Virus record (IMG/VR): IMGVR_UViG_3300017752_000078
Direction: 5' to 3' (one strand)
Origin: a virus
DNA length: 32,183 nucleotides
This document shows positions 14,286-23,119 of this stretch, piece by piece. The stretch's first letter is position 1. Each line of letters opens with the position of its first letter. The notes below the pieces were generated by a model. It saw only the letters and a list, made by a program, of their open reading frames with translations. It was not told where the DNA came from and made no database searches. The position numbers were made by a program, and so were the translations under genes.

Positions 14286-14585
14286 TTAGATCCTTTGTTC
14301 TTCTTCTTTTTCTTGTCCATTGTGATCCTCCTTAATCCTGTGCTTGGTTGGGAATTTCTCTGGTCTGCCCTCGTTCCTTGATGGTGCATAAAGGTCCAGT
14401 AATTCAACTCCCCTGGCGTGAGCCACCCTCTTCAACAACACACAGGCCTTCCTGGCTCGTGCGGCATTGGTCTTGCTTGGGTGTTTCATCAATTTGTCGT
14501 AGTGTGTGAAGTAGTCAAGACACAGTTGTTTCAATTGCCTGTGCCTGGCCGTCTCTTCTGGTAATCTGTAAAGTTTCCTAATCAA
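14286..14585 (-). CDS. Small basic hypothetical protein, possibly DNA-binding
   Basis: 99 aa. It starts at a TTG overlapping the upstream stop. It has an Arg/Lys-rich helix (NAARARKACVLLKRVAHARG) and an acidic tail. Confidence 0.5.
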   Translation of the reverse strand: MIRKLYRLPEETARHRQLKQLCLDYFTHYDKLMKHPSKTNAARARKACVLLKRVAHARGVELLDLYAPSRNEGRPEKFPTKHRIKEDHNGQEKEEEQRI

Positions 14586-14790
14586 AATCTATCTGCTTCC
14601 AAGGTATTGCGATTCCATTGTGGTCTTGCACGGTCTCACCTGAATCTATGTAATTCGCTGATCCGTACCGTGTGTAGCCATTGCCTGAGGTCTTCTGCAG
14701 ATACACTTGACAAGGCCTTACTGGTCTTCCGTTCACTGCGTACTTTTGGTGATTTGTCTGCTGACCTTTTCTTGATTTTATTCCTGCCAT
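14578..14790 (-). CDS. Small basic hypothetical protein
   Basis: 70 aa, with the SD GGAGATAGAAGATG. Confidence 0.55.
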   Translation of the reverse strand: MAGIKSRKGQQTNHQKYAVNGRPVRPCQVYLQKTSGNGYTRYGSANYIDSGETVQDHNGIAIPWKQIDFD

Positions 14791-14793
14791 CTT

Positions 14794-15057
14794 CTATCTC
14801 CACGCCTTGATACTCCAATACGCAGGACTCAAAGATTTCTGTCCTTTTACTTTCTTTAGGATGCCGCCAAAACGGGCCAAGAAACTTTTCTTCCTTGCTG
14901 GTATGTTTTTCTTGATCCGCATATTGGGATCACCAAATCTCACTATCTGCACACGACCTGTTGACTTGTTGGTCACGTACACACCAAACTTCTTTGACTT
15001 GCCTGGTGTCCTGAATGGTTTATTGAGTGTTATCTTCCTGCCCTGGTACTCCGCCAT
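14794..15057 (-). CDS. Conserved small basic phage protein (KPFRTPG...VRFGDPNM family)
   Basis: I prefer the ATG at 15057 (SD GGAGGAACAGATG). From memory, the LNKPFRTPGKSKKFGVYV...FGDPNMRIKK motif recurs in marine phages and large viruses. It overlaps the 3' end of the portal gene by 38 nt. Confidence 0.65.
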   Translation of the reverse strand: MAEYQGRKITLNKPFRTPGKSKKFGVYVTNKSTGRVQIVRFGDPNMRIKKNIPARKKSFLARFGGILKKVKGQKSLSPAYWSIKAWR

Positions 15058-16597
15058 CTGTTCCTCCAAAAAATCTTGCTATCTCAGGATGTAGGTTTAG
15101 GATGTCCTCGTTGCTCATTCCCTGCTCAATCATCTCTCTCATATGTGCTACCATACCTGCTGGATTGGTCATTGGGTCGTGCTGGCCATCATCTGCCACC
15201 TGATTCTGCATTTCTTCTAATTCATCTTCGTCTTTGGCCAATATCTCTATCGTCTTCTGATCAATTATTGATTTAACATTTGGAGTCGCGGCGGCTGAAT
15301 CTCTTTGGGCACTCGCGGCTTTGTTGATTATGTCCATATCAAGGTTCTTGTCTCTGATATGGAATGCCATTGGGTATTTGATTTCTCCGTCCCAGGCCTC
15401 ACCTTGCCATAGACTGAATAATCTGAAAATTTGTTCTTCCGCCAATTCTAAATTCTTTGCCTTCTCACACAGTTTGGCGTCAAGCATCAGGAACTCTGAC
15501 TGCATCGCCACACCTGACATCTGTCTTGTCTCAATGGCCCTGATAGAACCCATATGTGCCATCCTGTCAATTGACTTCACAGTCTCGTCCATAGTTTTAA
15601 GTATGGCTTCAAGATTACCACCGTTGGGTTGTAGTAGGTATGGTTTAAGGTTTGGATCTAATTCTTCTGGCATATCAATGACCGCACCTGCTCCCGCCTG
15701 TGCTGAAACTGATCTTGTTTTCACCAATGAAGGGTGATTGGTAAGACTCACCAATTGTTCTGCTTCACTGTAAAGGTTGGCCAGGAATCTCTGACTCTGT
15801 GCCACACCTGAAATGTCTGAAACACCAATACCTCTGATTGGACCCTTGTTGGCATAACACCATACCGCTGGCACCTTGCCAAGGTTGTTGGGTCTTGATT
15901 CAATCTGTTTCATTGGCTGTTTGGCATCACTTGAATTGTATTCGTAAAGTTCAATCGTGTCTGGTGTCCATCTACGGATGTAGTAATCACCAGTCCTGTC
16001 ATATCTTTCGTCCTGTTCCAAGAGCATTAGTTCTGCTATCTCATAGTGTCCGTTTGGTTGTCTTATAAATCTCCAGTTCAGTATGTTCTCTGGTGTGTAT
16101 ATCTGACAGAACGGCCTGATGCCTTGTTCTAATTCTTCTGCCCTTGTGCCAACCACTGTCTCTGGTCTGTCAACTAAAACCAAACAGTGTCCATATATTG
16201 AACTCTGCACATTGACGTCTCTCATAAACGCCTCCCAACTCTGTCCTTCAAGATCAGCGTCTTTTAAGAACTGCTCTATCTCTGGTGAACTGTCTAACAG
16301 GCCAAAATCCCTCTTGGGTTGTTGTCTGTATAGGAATGCGTTGTATGTGTGAATGATTGAACGGCAATGGTTGTCTTCTGCCGCGTGTGATAATCTTGTA
16401 AGGTATTCGCCCTCGTTCTCGTACTGGTATCTCTTTAGATACATCCCCCTTTTGTATTCAGCACCACCAAGATAACTTCTCTTTAGGAATTTCCAATGAT
16501 TGATGTATGTGTCATAGTCTTGATGTACTGGTAGGCTGATGTTTTTGCCTGATGCATCAGTGAATGTCTGAGTTAAACCGTAGATGTCCTGTGGCAT
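15020..16597 (-). CDS. Portal protein
   Basis: 525 aa, immediately after terL with TAATG coupling. The size and acidic C-terminus are typical of portals. Confidence 0.85.
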   Translation of the reverse strand: MPQDIYGLTQTFTDASGKNISLPVHQDYDTYINHWKFLKRSYLGGAEYKRGMYLKRYQYENEGEYLTRLSHAAEDNHCRSIIHTYNAFLYRQQPKRDFGLLDSSPEIEQFLKDADLEGQSWEAFMRDVNVQSSIYGHCLVLVDRPETVVGTRAEELEQGIRPFCQIYTPENILNWRFIRQPNGHYEIAELMLLEQDERYDRTGDYYIRRWTPDTIELYEYNSSDAKQPMKQIESRPNNLGKVPAVWCYANKGPIRGIGVSDISGVAQSQRFLANLYSEAEQLVSLTNHPSLVKTRSVSAQAGAGAVIDMPEELDPNLKPYLLQPNGGNLEAILKTMDETVKSIDRMAHMGSIRAIETRQMSGVAMQSEFLMLDAKLCEKAKNLELAEEQIFRLFSLWQGEAWDGEIKYPMAFHIRDKNLDMDIINKAASAQRDSAAATPNVKSIIDQKTIEILAKDEDELEEMQNQVADDGQHDPMTNPAGMVAHMREMIEQGMSNEDILNLHPEIARFFGGTDGGVPGQEDNTQ

Positions 16598-17841
16598 TAT
16601 ATAATTGCTCCTGTTTTAACACTGAACCTTTGAGGTTCTGCCGTTTCGTATGCTGTCCTGATTGGGTAAAGAAATGAAATCAAATATCCTAATGCGTCAT
16701 TCATATGGTCAAATCCCTGTGTCTTATCTGGCAACACGGTTCCCTCTTTATAAGTGTGTTTGCTAACACTATTTAACAGATTCTTACAGGATGGGTGAAT
16801 GAATACCTGTCGCTCTCCTGACGCGGAACATAACTTGGCATTCACTGAATTTACACGATCCCTGACCGCCATATGCCTTGGTGGAACCTTGCAGATGAAG
16901 CCTGCGTTCTGTAGTATTGAAAGGTCAGTCCTACCACCCGCTGATGTTTTCCTTTGTCTTGATGCAGGATCTGGATACACGAATATCTTCTTGCCTGGAT
17001 ATCTACGATGTATCTCCTGGCACATCTCTTCCGTGTTTGAACTCCATATCTGTATCTCGTCCATCACATAAAGCACGCCGTTTTTGATGTGTGTCACCAC
17101 GGCGGCCATTGGGTCAAGGTTGAAGTCCATTCCTATGTGTATGATGTTGTTGTCAAGTGGTTCGTCAAAGTGTTTGACGTTCTCACTCATTGAGAAACCG
17201 TAATAAATTATGCCTGAATATGTCTCCCAGGTTGCTTGGTATTCCTGTCTGAAAGTCTTGGCATCAAGATCCCTCTTGGCCTGTTCTATCTCTCCAGCAT
17301 CAACGAAACCACCGTCAATGGTGGTGTACTGATAACTGCTCCATTCCTTCTCTGATGGATCCTGTCCCCTCTGATACAGGTCGTGGAACCAATTCATACC
17401 TTTTGGTGTGCCTTCAAACAAGGCCAGTCCCTGTGTGTCAGACAGTGTTGGTCTAAGCACTGTCGTCCAGGCCTCCTCGTCAATGTCAGCACATTCGTCA
17501 AGCACAAGGAAGTCAATACCAACTCCCCTTAGTGAGTCCTTGTTGTCAGCACCTCTCAAGCATATCCTTGATGTGTTTTTTAATTCTATTGTTAGTTCTG
17601 CCTCGTTGATCCTTTTGACCCAACGTAGGTCCTTCAATATCTGTTTGATCTTTACCCAGGCGATCTGTTTGGCCTGTCTATAACTTGGTGCCACGTACCA
17701 ACATATCTTGCCAGAATTCCGTGCGTGATAACACAGTTCTCTGATTGCCAAAGTGGTTTTACCAAATCTCCTGCCAGTGACCAACACCCTGAATCGTGCT
17801 TGGTCATCCGCTACCTTGCGTTGCGGTGTTGATAGTTTCAT
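16597..17841 (-). CDS. terL: Terminase large subunit
   Basis: Has Walker A (VTGRRFGKTT) and Walker B (DFLVLDECADI), plus a C-terminal nuclease-like half. Confidence 0.95.
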   Translation of the reverse strand: MKLSTPQRKVADDQARFRVLVTGRRFGKTTLAIRELCYHARNSGKICWYVAPSYRQAKQIAWVKIKQILKDLRWVKRINEAELTIELKNTSRICLRGADNKDSLRGVGIDFLVLDECADIDEEAWTTVLRPTLSDTQGLALFEGTPKGMNWFHDLYQRGQDPSEKEWSSYQYTTIDGGFVDAGEIEQAKRDLDAKTFRQEYQATWETYSGIIYYGFSMSENVKHFDEPLDNNIIHIGMDFNLDPMAAVVTHIKNGVLYVMDEIQIWSSNTEEMCQEIHRRYPGKKIFVYPDPASRQRKTSAGGRTDLSILQNAGFICKVPPRHMAVRDRVNSVNAKLCSASGERQVFIHPSCKNLLNSVSKHTYKEGTVLPDKTQGFDHMNDALGYLISFLYPIRTAYETAEPQRFSVKTGAII

Positions 17842-17859
17842 ACTGTTAATTATGTAGGG

Positions 17860-18168
17860 TTATTTCTCTTCCCAAGGTAATGGTCCTGTGGACTCTTCAT
17901 CTGTTGGTGAATCCTGTTGGCCCAACCAATTTTTTCCAAGGAACATAAGCATACGAGCATCGCCCGCCAATGCTTTTTCAAACTGTGCCCGTCTCAGACT
18001 CTTCTTACCTTCTGCCTTGCCCTTCTCTATGAGGTTCTTGAATCTCTTCTGTAGTGTGGTCACTGATGTGCCAACGCAGTCTGCTATCTCCTCGTAGGTG
18101 CAGTGCATTGAAGCCAGTTTGAATATAAGGTCGTGATCTAATTTGTATGATTTCTTCTGTGCGTCCAT
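17860..18168 (-). CDS. terS: Terminase small subunit (HTH)
   Basis: 102 aa directly upstream of terL. It has an HTH (CTYEEIADCVGTSVTTLQKRF) and a basic helix. Confidence 0.7.
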   Translation of the reverse strand: MDAQKKSYKLDHDLIFKLASMHCTYEEIADCVGTSVTTLQKRFKNLIEKGKAEGKKSLRRAQFEKALAGDARMLMFLGKNWLGQQDSPTDEESTGPLPWEEK

Positions 18169-18518
18169 TATAAACTTTTATCCTCGCATACGATCCTGAA
18201 ATGTCTTGCGTCAGTGTCACCCTGTGATGTGACTATCTTGCAACGTATGTTGTACACGTTGCCAGAGGTGCCACCCTGTAATCTGATGTTGACCAACTTG
18301 CCATTAGTGACCTGTATGTCTGTTGATGCATTGGTTGGGTGTACCAATGGATCTGTGTCACCAGTTGGTGATGTGATAGTCACTGTTGGTGTACCATTGA
18401 TACTGTCACCTGTTGTCAGGTAATCTGTGAAATCAAGTCCATACTGTATGTTAGACTCTGGATCCTTCGTGATGAACAGACCGTCGTTGTCTTTTTTGAA
18501 TCCTGTTAAGTTTGCCAT
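18168..18518 (-). CDS. Small beta-rich virion or fibre-associated protein
   Basis: 116 aa, TAATG-coupled on both sides. From memory, the pattern KDPESNIQYGLDFTDYL...GGTSGNVYNIRCKIVTSQG recalls a family found beside fibre genes. Confidence 0.5.
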   Translation of the reverse strand: MANLTGFKKDNDGLFITKDPESNIQYGLDFTDYLTTGDSINGTPTVTITSPTGDTDPLVHPTNASTDIQVTNGKLVNIRLQGGTSGNVYNIRCKIVTSQGDTDARHFRIVCEDKSL

Positions 18519-20461
18519 TAATGATTGCTCCTAACCCTTGGTGTTGAAAATCTGTTTGTCATTGGTGGTATGTTCAATTTTAAACTCCGTGTTTCTTGCG
18601 GTACAAGGTGTGCCCTTGTCTCTGCACTAACGATATTTACTCTATTTTCTGCCATTACCAATGTTTGTGTATTTTCAACTGGCACGACAATGGTCCTTGT
18701 TTCCGCATCAACCTTGATTGTGTTGAAAGGATCTGCTTGGAAAAACAGCCGTCCAACCTGTAAAGTGCTGGCTAATGCAGTCAACGCCGCCAAACCTGCA
18801 GGTTTGAATCTTGGCGATAGGTCTAATTCTGTAGCGGCAGTGATCGTTGCTTGACCTGAAGGTTTGAATGTTGGTTCAACCGCGAATGTAAAGGCTACAT
18901 CAATGTCAGCAAATGTGTCTGTTATCGCACTCGCGGTTAAAACTGGTGTGAACGCACCTGTTATGACAATAGGTGTGTCATCTAATGCGTATGATATGTT
19001 TGCAGTCAGTGATGGTGACATCGCTGACGTGATTGCTATGGTGACGTCTATGACACCTGATGCTGTTGGATCTATAGTGAACGTTGAAACAAGATTGGCC
19101 GCACCTGGCTCTTCCAATGCTGTGTCCTCAACCACAGTGAATGATCCTGTGTACGATACAGTGTCTCCCAGTTTGAATGTTGGTGCCAGCAACATTGATC
19201 CCGCTGACTCAACCACATACTGTTTCTCCCAAAGGTCGTTTGGCCAGTTGTCCCAACTTGCTTCATTGCCCAACCAACTCTCAACAGGCCAGTCATCCCA
19301 GGCTGTCGTGGCCAGGAATGTCCAGGTGTATTCACCTTCAACAGTCACGAAGTCGTCAACACTGAAACCTGTTTCAAAGTATGTGTTTAGATTGAAACTG
19401 TCCCAGGTGTAGTCACCCGTGATGTCGTAGATCACACCTGCGGAACTGGCCGCACTGGCTATGGCAGTGAAGTTGTCAATCACAGCAGGTTTGAATGATG
19501 GTGTTATGCTTAAAGTTGCAGTGCCCTGCAGTGATGCTGTCGCCAAAGCAAGATTGTTTGTTGATACCAACACGTTGGCGTTGGCCTGTAAATTTTTTGT
19601 TGCACCTAACTTGAACGTAGGTGTCGTTGCTGTTGTTGTACCAACTGACATATTGCACACAGCAAATTTCTTGTTGATACTGGTCTCGTTGACACTGAAG
19701 TTGGATGACACACTTGATTCACCAAGTCTTAGTATTGCTCCTTGTACAGAGATAGAGAATGTGCCCTGCAGTGCAGGATCGTTGTCTCCACCGTTGCCAT
19801 CAATGATGTGATCGTCACCCTCCCAAGTCCTCGTCAGCACTCCAGGATTTGAAACTGAATGTACGAATGTCTCTGGTGACGTGCCAATGAAATTGACAGA
19901 GATGTTGACTTTGGATAGGTTGTTGCCTGTTGTTGCTTGATTCTGATTGGCAGTGTCTAAGGTGACACCACTACCAGTGACTTTCAGAGTCCTTGTTGGA
20001 AATTGCGTTGATGTTGGCAGGCCCCTGTTGCCGTTGTAGACCACACTGTTGCTACTGCCGTCAAACAGTCGCCATTGGCTTGAACTGATGTACAGTCCAT
20101 CAACCTGGTTTGTGAAGTAAGTGGTCTCAGTGTCGTAGGCGTTGTTCAAAGACGAAGCGGAAATGTTGACAGTGGTTGGTCCAACGAAAGTGCCCGTGCA
20201 CCTTGTTGATGGTATGCCACGATGATCTTGTAAGAATGGATCACTGGCCTGTGCCTGCATTCCAATAATGGATTGGCCTGACTCAGGATTTGGACTTGAA
20301 TTTAACTGAACTGTATTTGTACCGTTTGCATTGGTTGTCCACAGTTTACGACCACTGCTGTTGCTGAAACCTGGACGAGATGTGTTGGTCTGTTGAAGAC
20401 CCACCTCAAGACCATAACTGGTATCAGTAGTGGTATATCGTACGACTCTGGTTGTTGACAC
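18518..20461 (-). CDS. Large virion or fibre-like protein with periodic PxFK motifs
   Basis: 647 aa with a GTG start behind a strong SD (GGGAGGTAATCCTCGTG). It is Ser/Thr/Asn-rich. Confidence 0.75.
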   Translation of the reverse strand: MSTTRVVRYTTTDTSYGLEVGLQQTNTSRPGFSNSSGRKLWTTNANGTNTVQLNSSPNPESGQSIIGMQAQASDPFLQDHRGIPSTRCTGTFVGPTTVNISASSLNNAYDTETTYFTNQVDGLYISSSQWRLFDGSSNSVVYNGNRGLPTSTQFPTRTLKVTGSGVTLDTANQNQATTGNNLSKVNISVNFIGTSPETFVHSVSNPGVLTRTWEGDDHIIDGNGGDNDPALQGTFSISVQGAILRLGESSVSSNFSVNETSINKKFAVCNMSVGTTTATTPTFKLGATKNLQANANVLVSTNNLALATASLQGTATLSITPSFKPAVIDNFTAIASAASSAGVIYDITGDYTWDSFNLNTYFETGFSVDDFVTVEGEYTWTFLATTAWDDWPVESWLGNEASWDNWPNDLWEKQYVVESAGSMLLAPTFKLGDTVSYTGSFTVVEDTALEEPGAANLVSTFTIDPTASGVIDVTIAITSAMSPSLTANISYALDDTPIVITGAFTPVLTASAITDTFADIDVAFTFAVEPTFKPSGQATITAATELDLSPRFKPAGLAALTALASTLQVGRLFFQADPFNTIKVDAETRTIVVPVENTQTLVMAENRVNIVSAETRAHLVPQETRSLKLNIPPMTNRFSTPRVRSNH

Positions 20462-20479
20462 GAGGATTACCTCCCAGTG

Positions 20480-20950
20480 TTAAGCGAGACTGATGCTTAG
20501 GTTACCAGATGATATTGTAAATTGGTCTCCTGATGAAACCGTTTTTGATGTAGTCAATGCACCATAGAACAAGATGTTTCCACTTGTGCTCGCATCTACT
20601 AAGGCAATGTGTGTGACCACTTGTCCTGTTGAACCCGCTGTCTGGTAGTTGGCAGTCGCCACTGGAAATGAAACTGTTGCGTTTGTTTCAATAGTACCAG
20701 TAGTGGTAGTACCAGCCGCCGCGAAAGTCACTGACTGTCTTGCATATGATCCGTTGTTGATTTCGTAGTATCCCCACTTGGATGTTGCATCTGTACCTGT
20801 AGTGTTTGACTCAAGAGCCGCCGCTACACCTGATCCTGAATCTGCGAACAATGCCACATAAACCGTTGAAGGTGCACCGTAGGCCGCACCAGGCGATCTC
20901 AAAGTGTGATCTAATAATTTGTCTTCTAAAAAGTTTGAAGCCGCTGACAT
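20480..20950 (-). CDS. Conserved fibre-associated phage protein
   Basis: 156 aa, SD AAGGAG. From memory, the pattern NFLEDKLLDHTL...VYVALF...YARQSVTF...VTHIALVDA..GNILFYGAL...GDQFTISSGNLSISL matches a family common next to tail-fibre genes. Confidence 0.65.
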   Translation of the reverse strand: MSAASNFLEDKLLDHTLRSPGAAYGAPSTVYVALFADSGSGVAAALESNTTGTDATSKWGYYEINNGSYARQSVTFAAAGTTTTGTIETNATVSFPVATANYQTAGSTGQVVTHIALVDASTSGNILFYGALTTSKTVSSGDQFTISSGNLSISLA

Positions 20951-20990
20951 AATTGTTTTCTCCTTTGTAATATTACAATGTTATTTATTG

Positions 20991-22235
20991 CTATGCTTGT
21001 ATCAATCTCATCTTGGTTGTGCCATAAGTCAGTATCGCACCTGAACTGCCCCACCTGTGTAGTCTAACTTCTTCATTACCGCTCAAGGACTCTGAAAAAT
21101 TCAACACCTCTGACAGTGTGTTTGTGGAATGCACATATTTCAACACTATGATCCGTGTGTTGCCAGGATCATAACCAGCGAACAAGAACACGTCATTGGT
21201 TGCTCCAAGGAAACAACAAGTTCCTGATGTGTCACCGCCTGTGCCAAAGTTTGACACTGTCACAATGTTTGACCTCTCCACGCTTGAGTCACCCGCCTTG
21301 TATGAGTCAAACACGAATTTGTTTGCGGACCCGCCACCTTCTCTCCTGATGAATATGGCTATGTCGTTGAAACCAACAGAGTTGTATGGTGGTGTGGCAT
21401 AAGAATCAATTTCGTAAGAATTAGAACCAAAGTTAGTGCTGTTGGCTGTGTCAAACTGTGTCATCGTCTGGCTGTTGGTTGGCGAACCTGAAAACAGTGT
21501 AACTGCCTGGGCACCTGCCGTGCTCAGGTCAATCTTATATGGTTCCAGTTTTTCTCCCTGGCCAAAACGATCGTTAAGGAAGAAAGGTGTGTCGTTGTCA
21601 ACGAATCCTGGCACGCCGTGTAGACTGCCATAGTAAAGACTGGTGTTGGTAGAACTCTCTGTTGACACTGTTGGTGTCTGTTCAAAATGATGACCTGATG
21701 TTTCTATTGTCTCGCCAAGTTTTTGCGTTCTGATGTTGTTGTAGCCTGTGCTGTCAGAATCTCTTGACACGAATATTGGTGTGGCGTGCTCTGTCCTGTT
21801 GGCAGTGCCTCCAGTTGCGTGTGAAACCGTTGAACCTGAAATGCTGAATATGTGATACACGTTGCTGTTGTTGTCTCTGCCATCATACAACACCTTGCCA
21901 TTCTGTAGTGGCGCCACCAATCCGTAGAATGAACTGGCCCCATAATTTGGGGTGCCAACATCACTTATGATTATGTTGCCTTGGCTGGTGATTGACAGTG
22001 TGCCAGAGTTGTTCCGCATCACATCATATTGGATCTTGTCGTTTGCAAAGCCCTGGTCAAGTGCTGATACCATCACACCATACTCGTTGTTGAATGGTGC
22101 GAATCCTATGAAGTGATTGACTGCCGCATTCCTTGTGAATGTGTTGTCGTTGCTACCGTCCCAGCCAACAAATGAATTGGCACCTGTGGCTGTCGTGTCT
22201 TGTGCTAAAATGCTTTTTGCGAATCCTATTGGCAT
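20991..22235 (-). CDS. Hypothetical virion-appendage protein (beta-rich)
   Basis: 414 aa, SD AGGAG. No family recognised. Confidence 0.65.
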   Translation of the reverse strand: MPIGFAKSILAQDTTATGANSFVGWDGSNDNTFTRNAAVNHFIGFAPFNNEYGVMVSALDQGFANDKIQYDVMRNNSGTLSITSQGNIIISDVGTPNYGASSFYGLVAPLQNGKVLYDGRDNNSNVYHIFSISGSTVSHATGGTANRTEHATPIFVSRDSDSTGYNNIRTQKLGETIETSGHHFEQTPTVSTESSTNTSLYYGSLHGVPGFVDNDTPFFLNDRFGQGEKLEPYKIDLSTAGAQAVTLFSGSPTNSQTMTQFDTANSTNFGSNSYEIDSYATPPYNSVGFNDIAIFIRREGGGSANKFVFDSYKAGDSSVERSNIVTVSNFGTGGDTSGTCCFLGATNDVFLFAGYDPGNTRIIVLKYVHSTNTLSEVLNFSESLSGNEEVRLHRWGSSGAILTYGTTKMRLIQA

Positions 22236-22242
22236 AGTGCTC

Positions 22243-23091
22243 CTACGCGAATGCTTTGGCTATGGTTGCTATCTTGTTGGTGCCATCGTTGAATATGGTC
22301 ACAACGTCTATGGCATTGGCGTCCGTTGACAGTGTTGGTGTGCCTCCCGCGAATTTCGTAGAAGTGAAAGCACCTGTGTTTGAACCCGTGCCATCCTGTG
22401 TGATGATTAGCGTCACACTGCCACCTGTTGGTAGATTTGAGATCGTGAATGTCGTGCTGTGTGCCAGTGTCACTGTGTGTACACTGGCCAAAGAGGCATC
22501 AACCGTTATGCCCGTTGAACTTGTCAGTGCGTTGATGTCTTCCTTGTAGTTCTTGTTGAACCTCAAAGTATCATCTATGTCTATAGTGTCTCCTGAACTG
22601 GCTATGGTTGAACCTGTGATTGTTAGGTCGCCGTTGCCGTTGTTGGTGATGTATCCTGAGTCATTGGTGAACATTGACACAGCACCTGACTTGTTGGTCA
22701 GTGTGTCAGAACTTGATGCTGTTATGAAACTGGTAAGTGTTGGTCCTGTGATAGTGACTGTGTCACCTGACACCGCTGTTGTGATGTTTGTGCCACCCGC
22801 TATCTTGAATGTCTCGCCTGCGTTGACTGCCGTTCCTGATGAATCATCCCCTACGAAAGTCGTGGCCGCCGCGGCTGTGCCAGTGCTGTCTGTGCCAAGT
22901 TCAAATCTTGCGTTTGATGAGTTGTACTTTAGAATCTGGTTTGCTGAAGGCGAATCAATGTTGAACATATCAATGATTGCATTGACGTTGTCAACATTCT
23001 GCTTGATGTCTGGTCGTGCCAATCTTGGTGAATCTGTACCTGCGTCTAAGTGTGTGGTTCCTGCTTTTGTTCCTGAGGGCCAAGTTGCCAT
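22243..23091 (-). CDS. Tail fibre protein (short)
   Basis: 282 aa, SD AAAGGAGA. It shares the FVGDDSSG..ETFKIAGGTNITTAVSGDTVTITGP module with the 1508-aa fibre. Its C-terminal domain (...SVTLIITQDGTGS...) is typical of fibre tips. Confidence 0.8.
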   Translation of the reverse strand: MATWPSGTKAGTTHLDAGTDSPRLARPDIKQNVDNVNAIIDMFNIDSPSANQILKYNSSNARFELGTDSTGTAAAATTFVGDDSSGTAVNAGETFKIAGGTNITTAVSGDTVTITGPTLTSFITASSSDTLTNKSGAVSMFTNDSGYITNNGNGDLTITGSTIASSGDTIDIDDTLRFNKNYKEDINALTSSTGITVDASLASVHTVTLAHSTTFTISNLPTGGSVTLIITQDGTGSNTGAFTSTKFAGGTPTLSTDANAIDVVTIFNDGTNKIATIAKAFA

Positions 23092-23119
23092 TGTGTTCGT
23101 CTCCTTTAGTGTTATTTAA

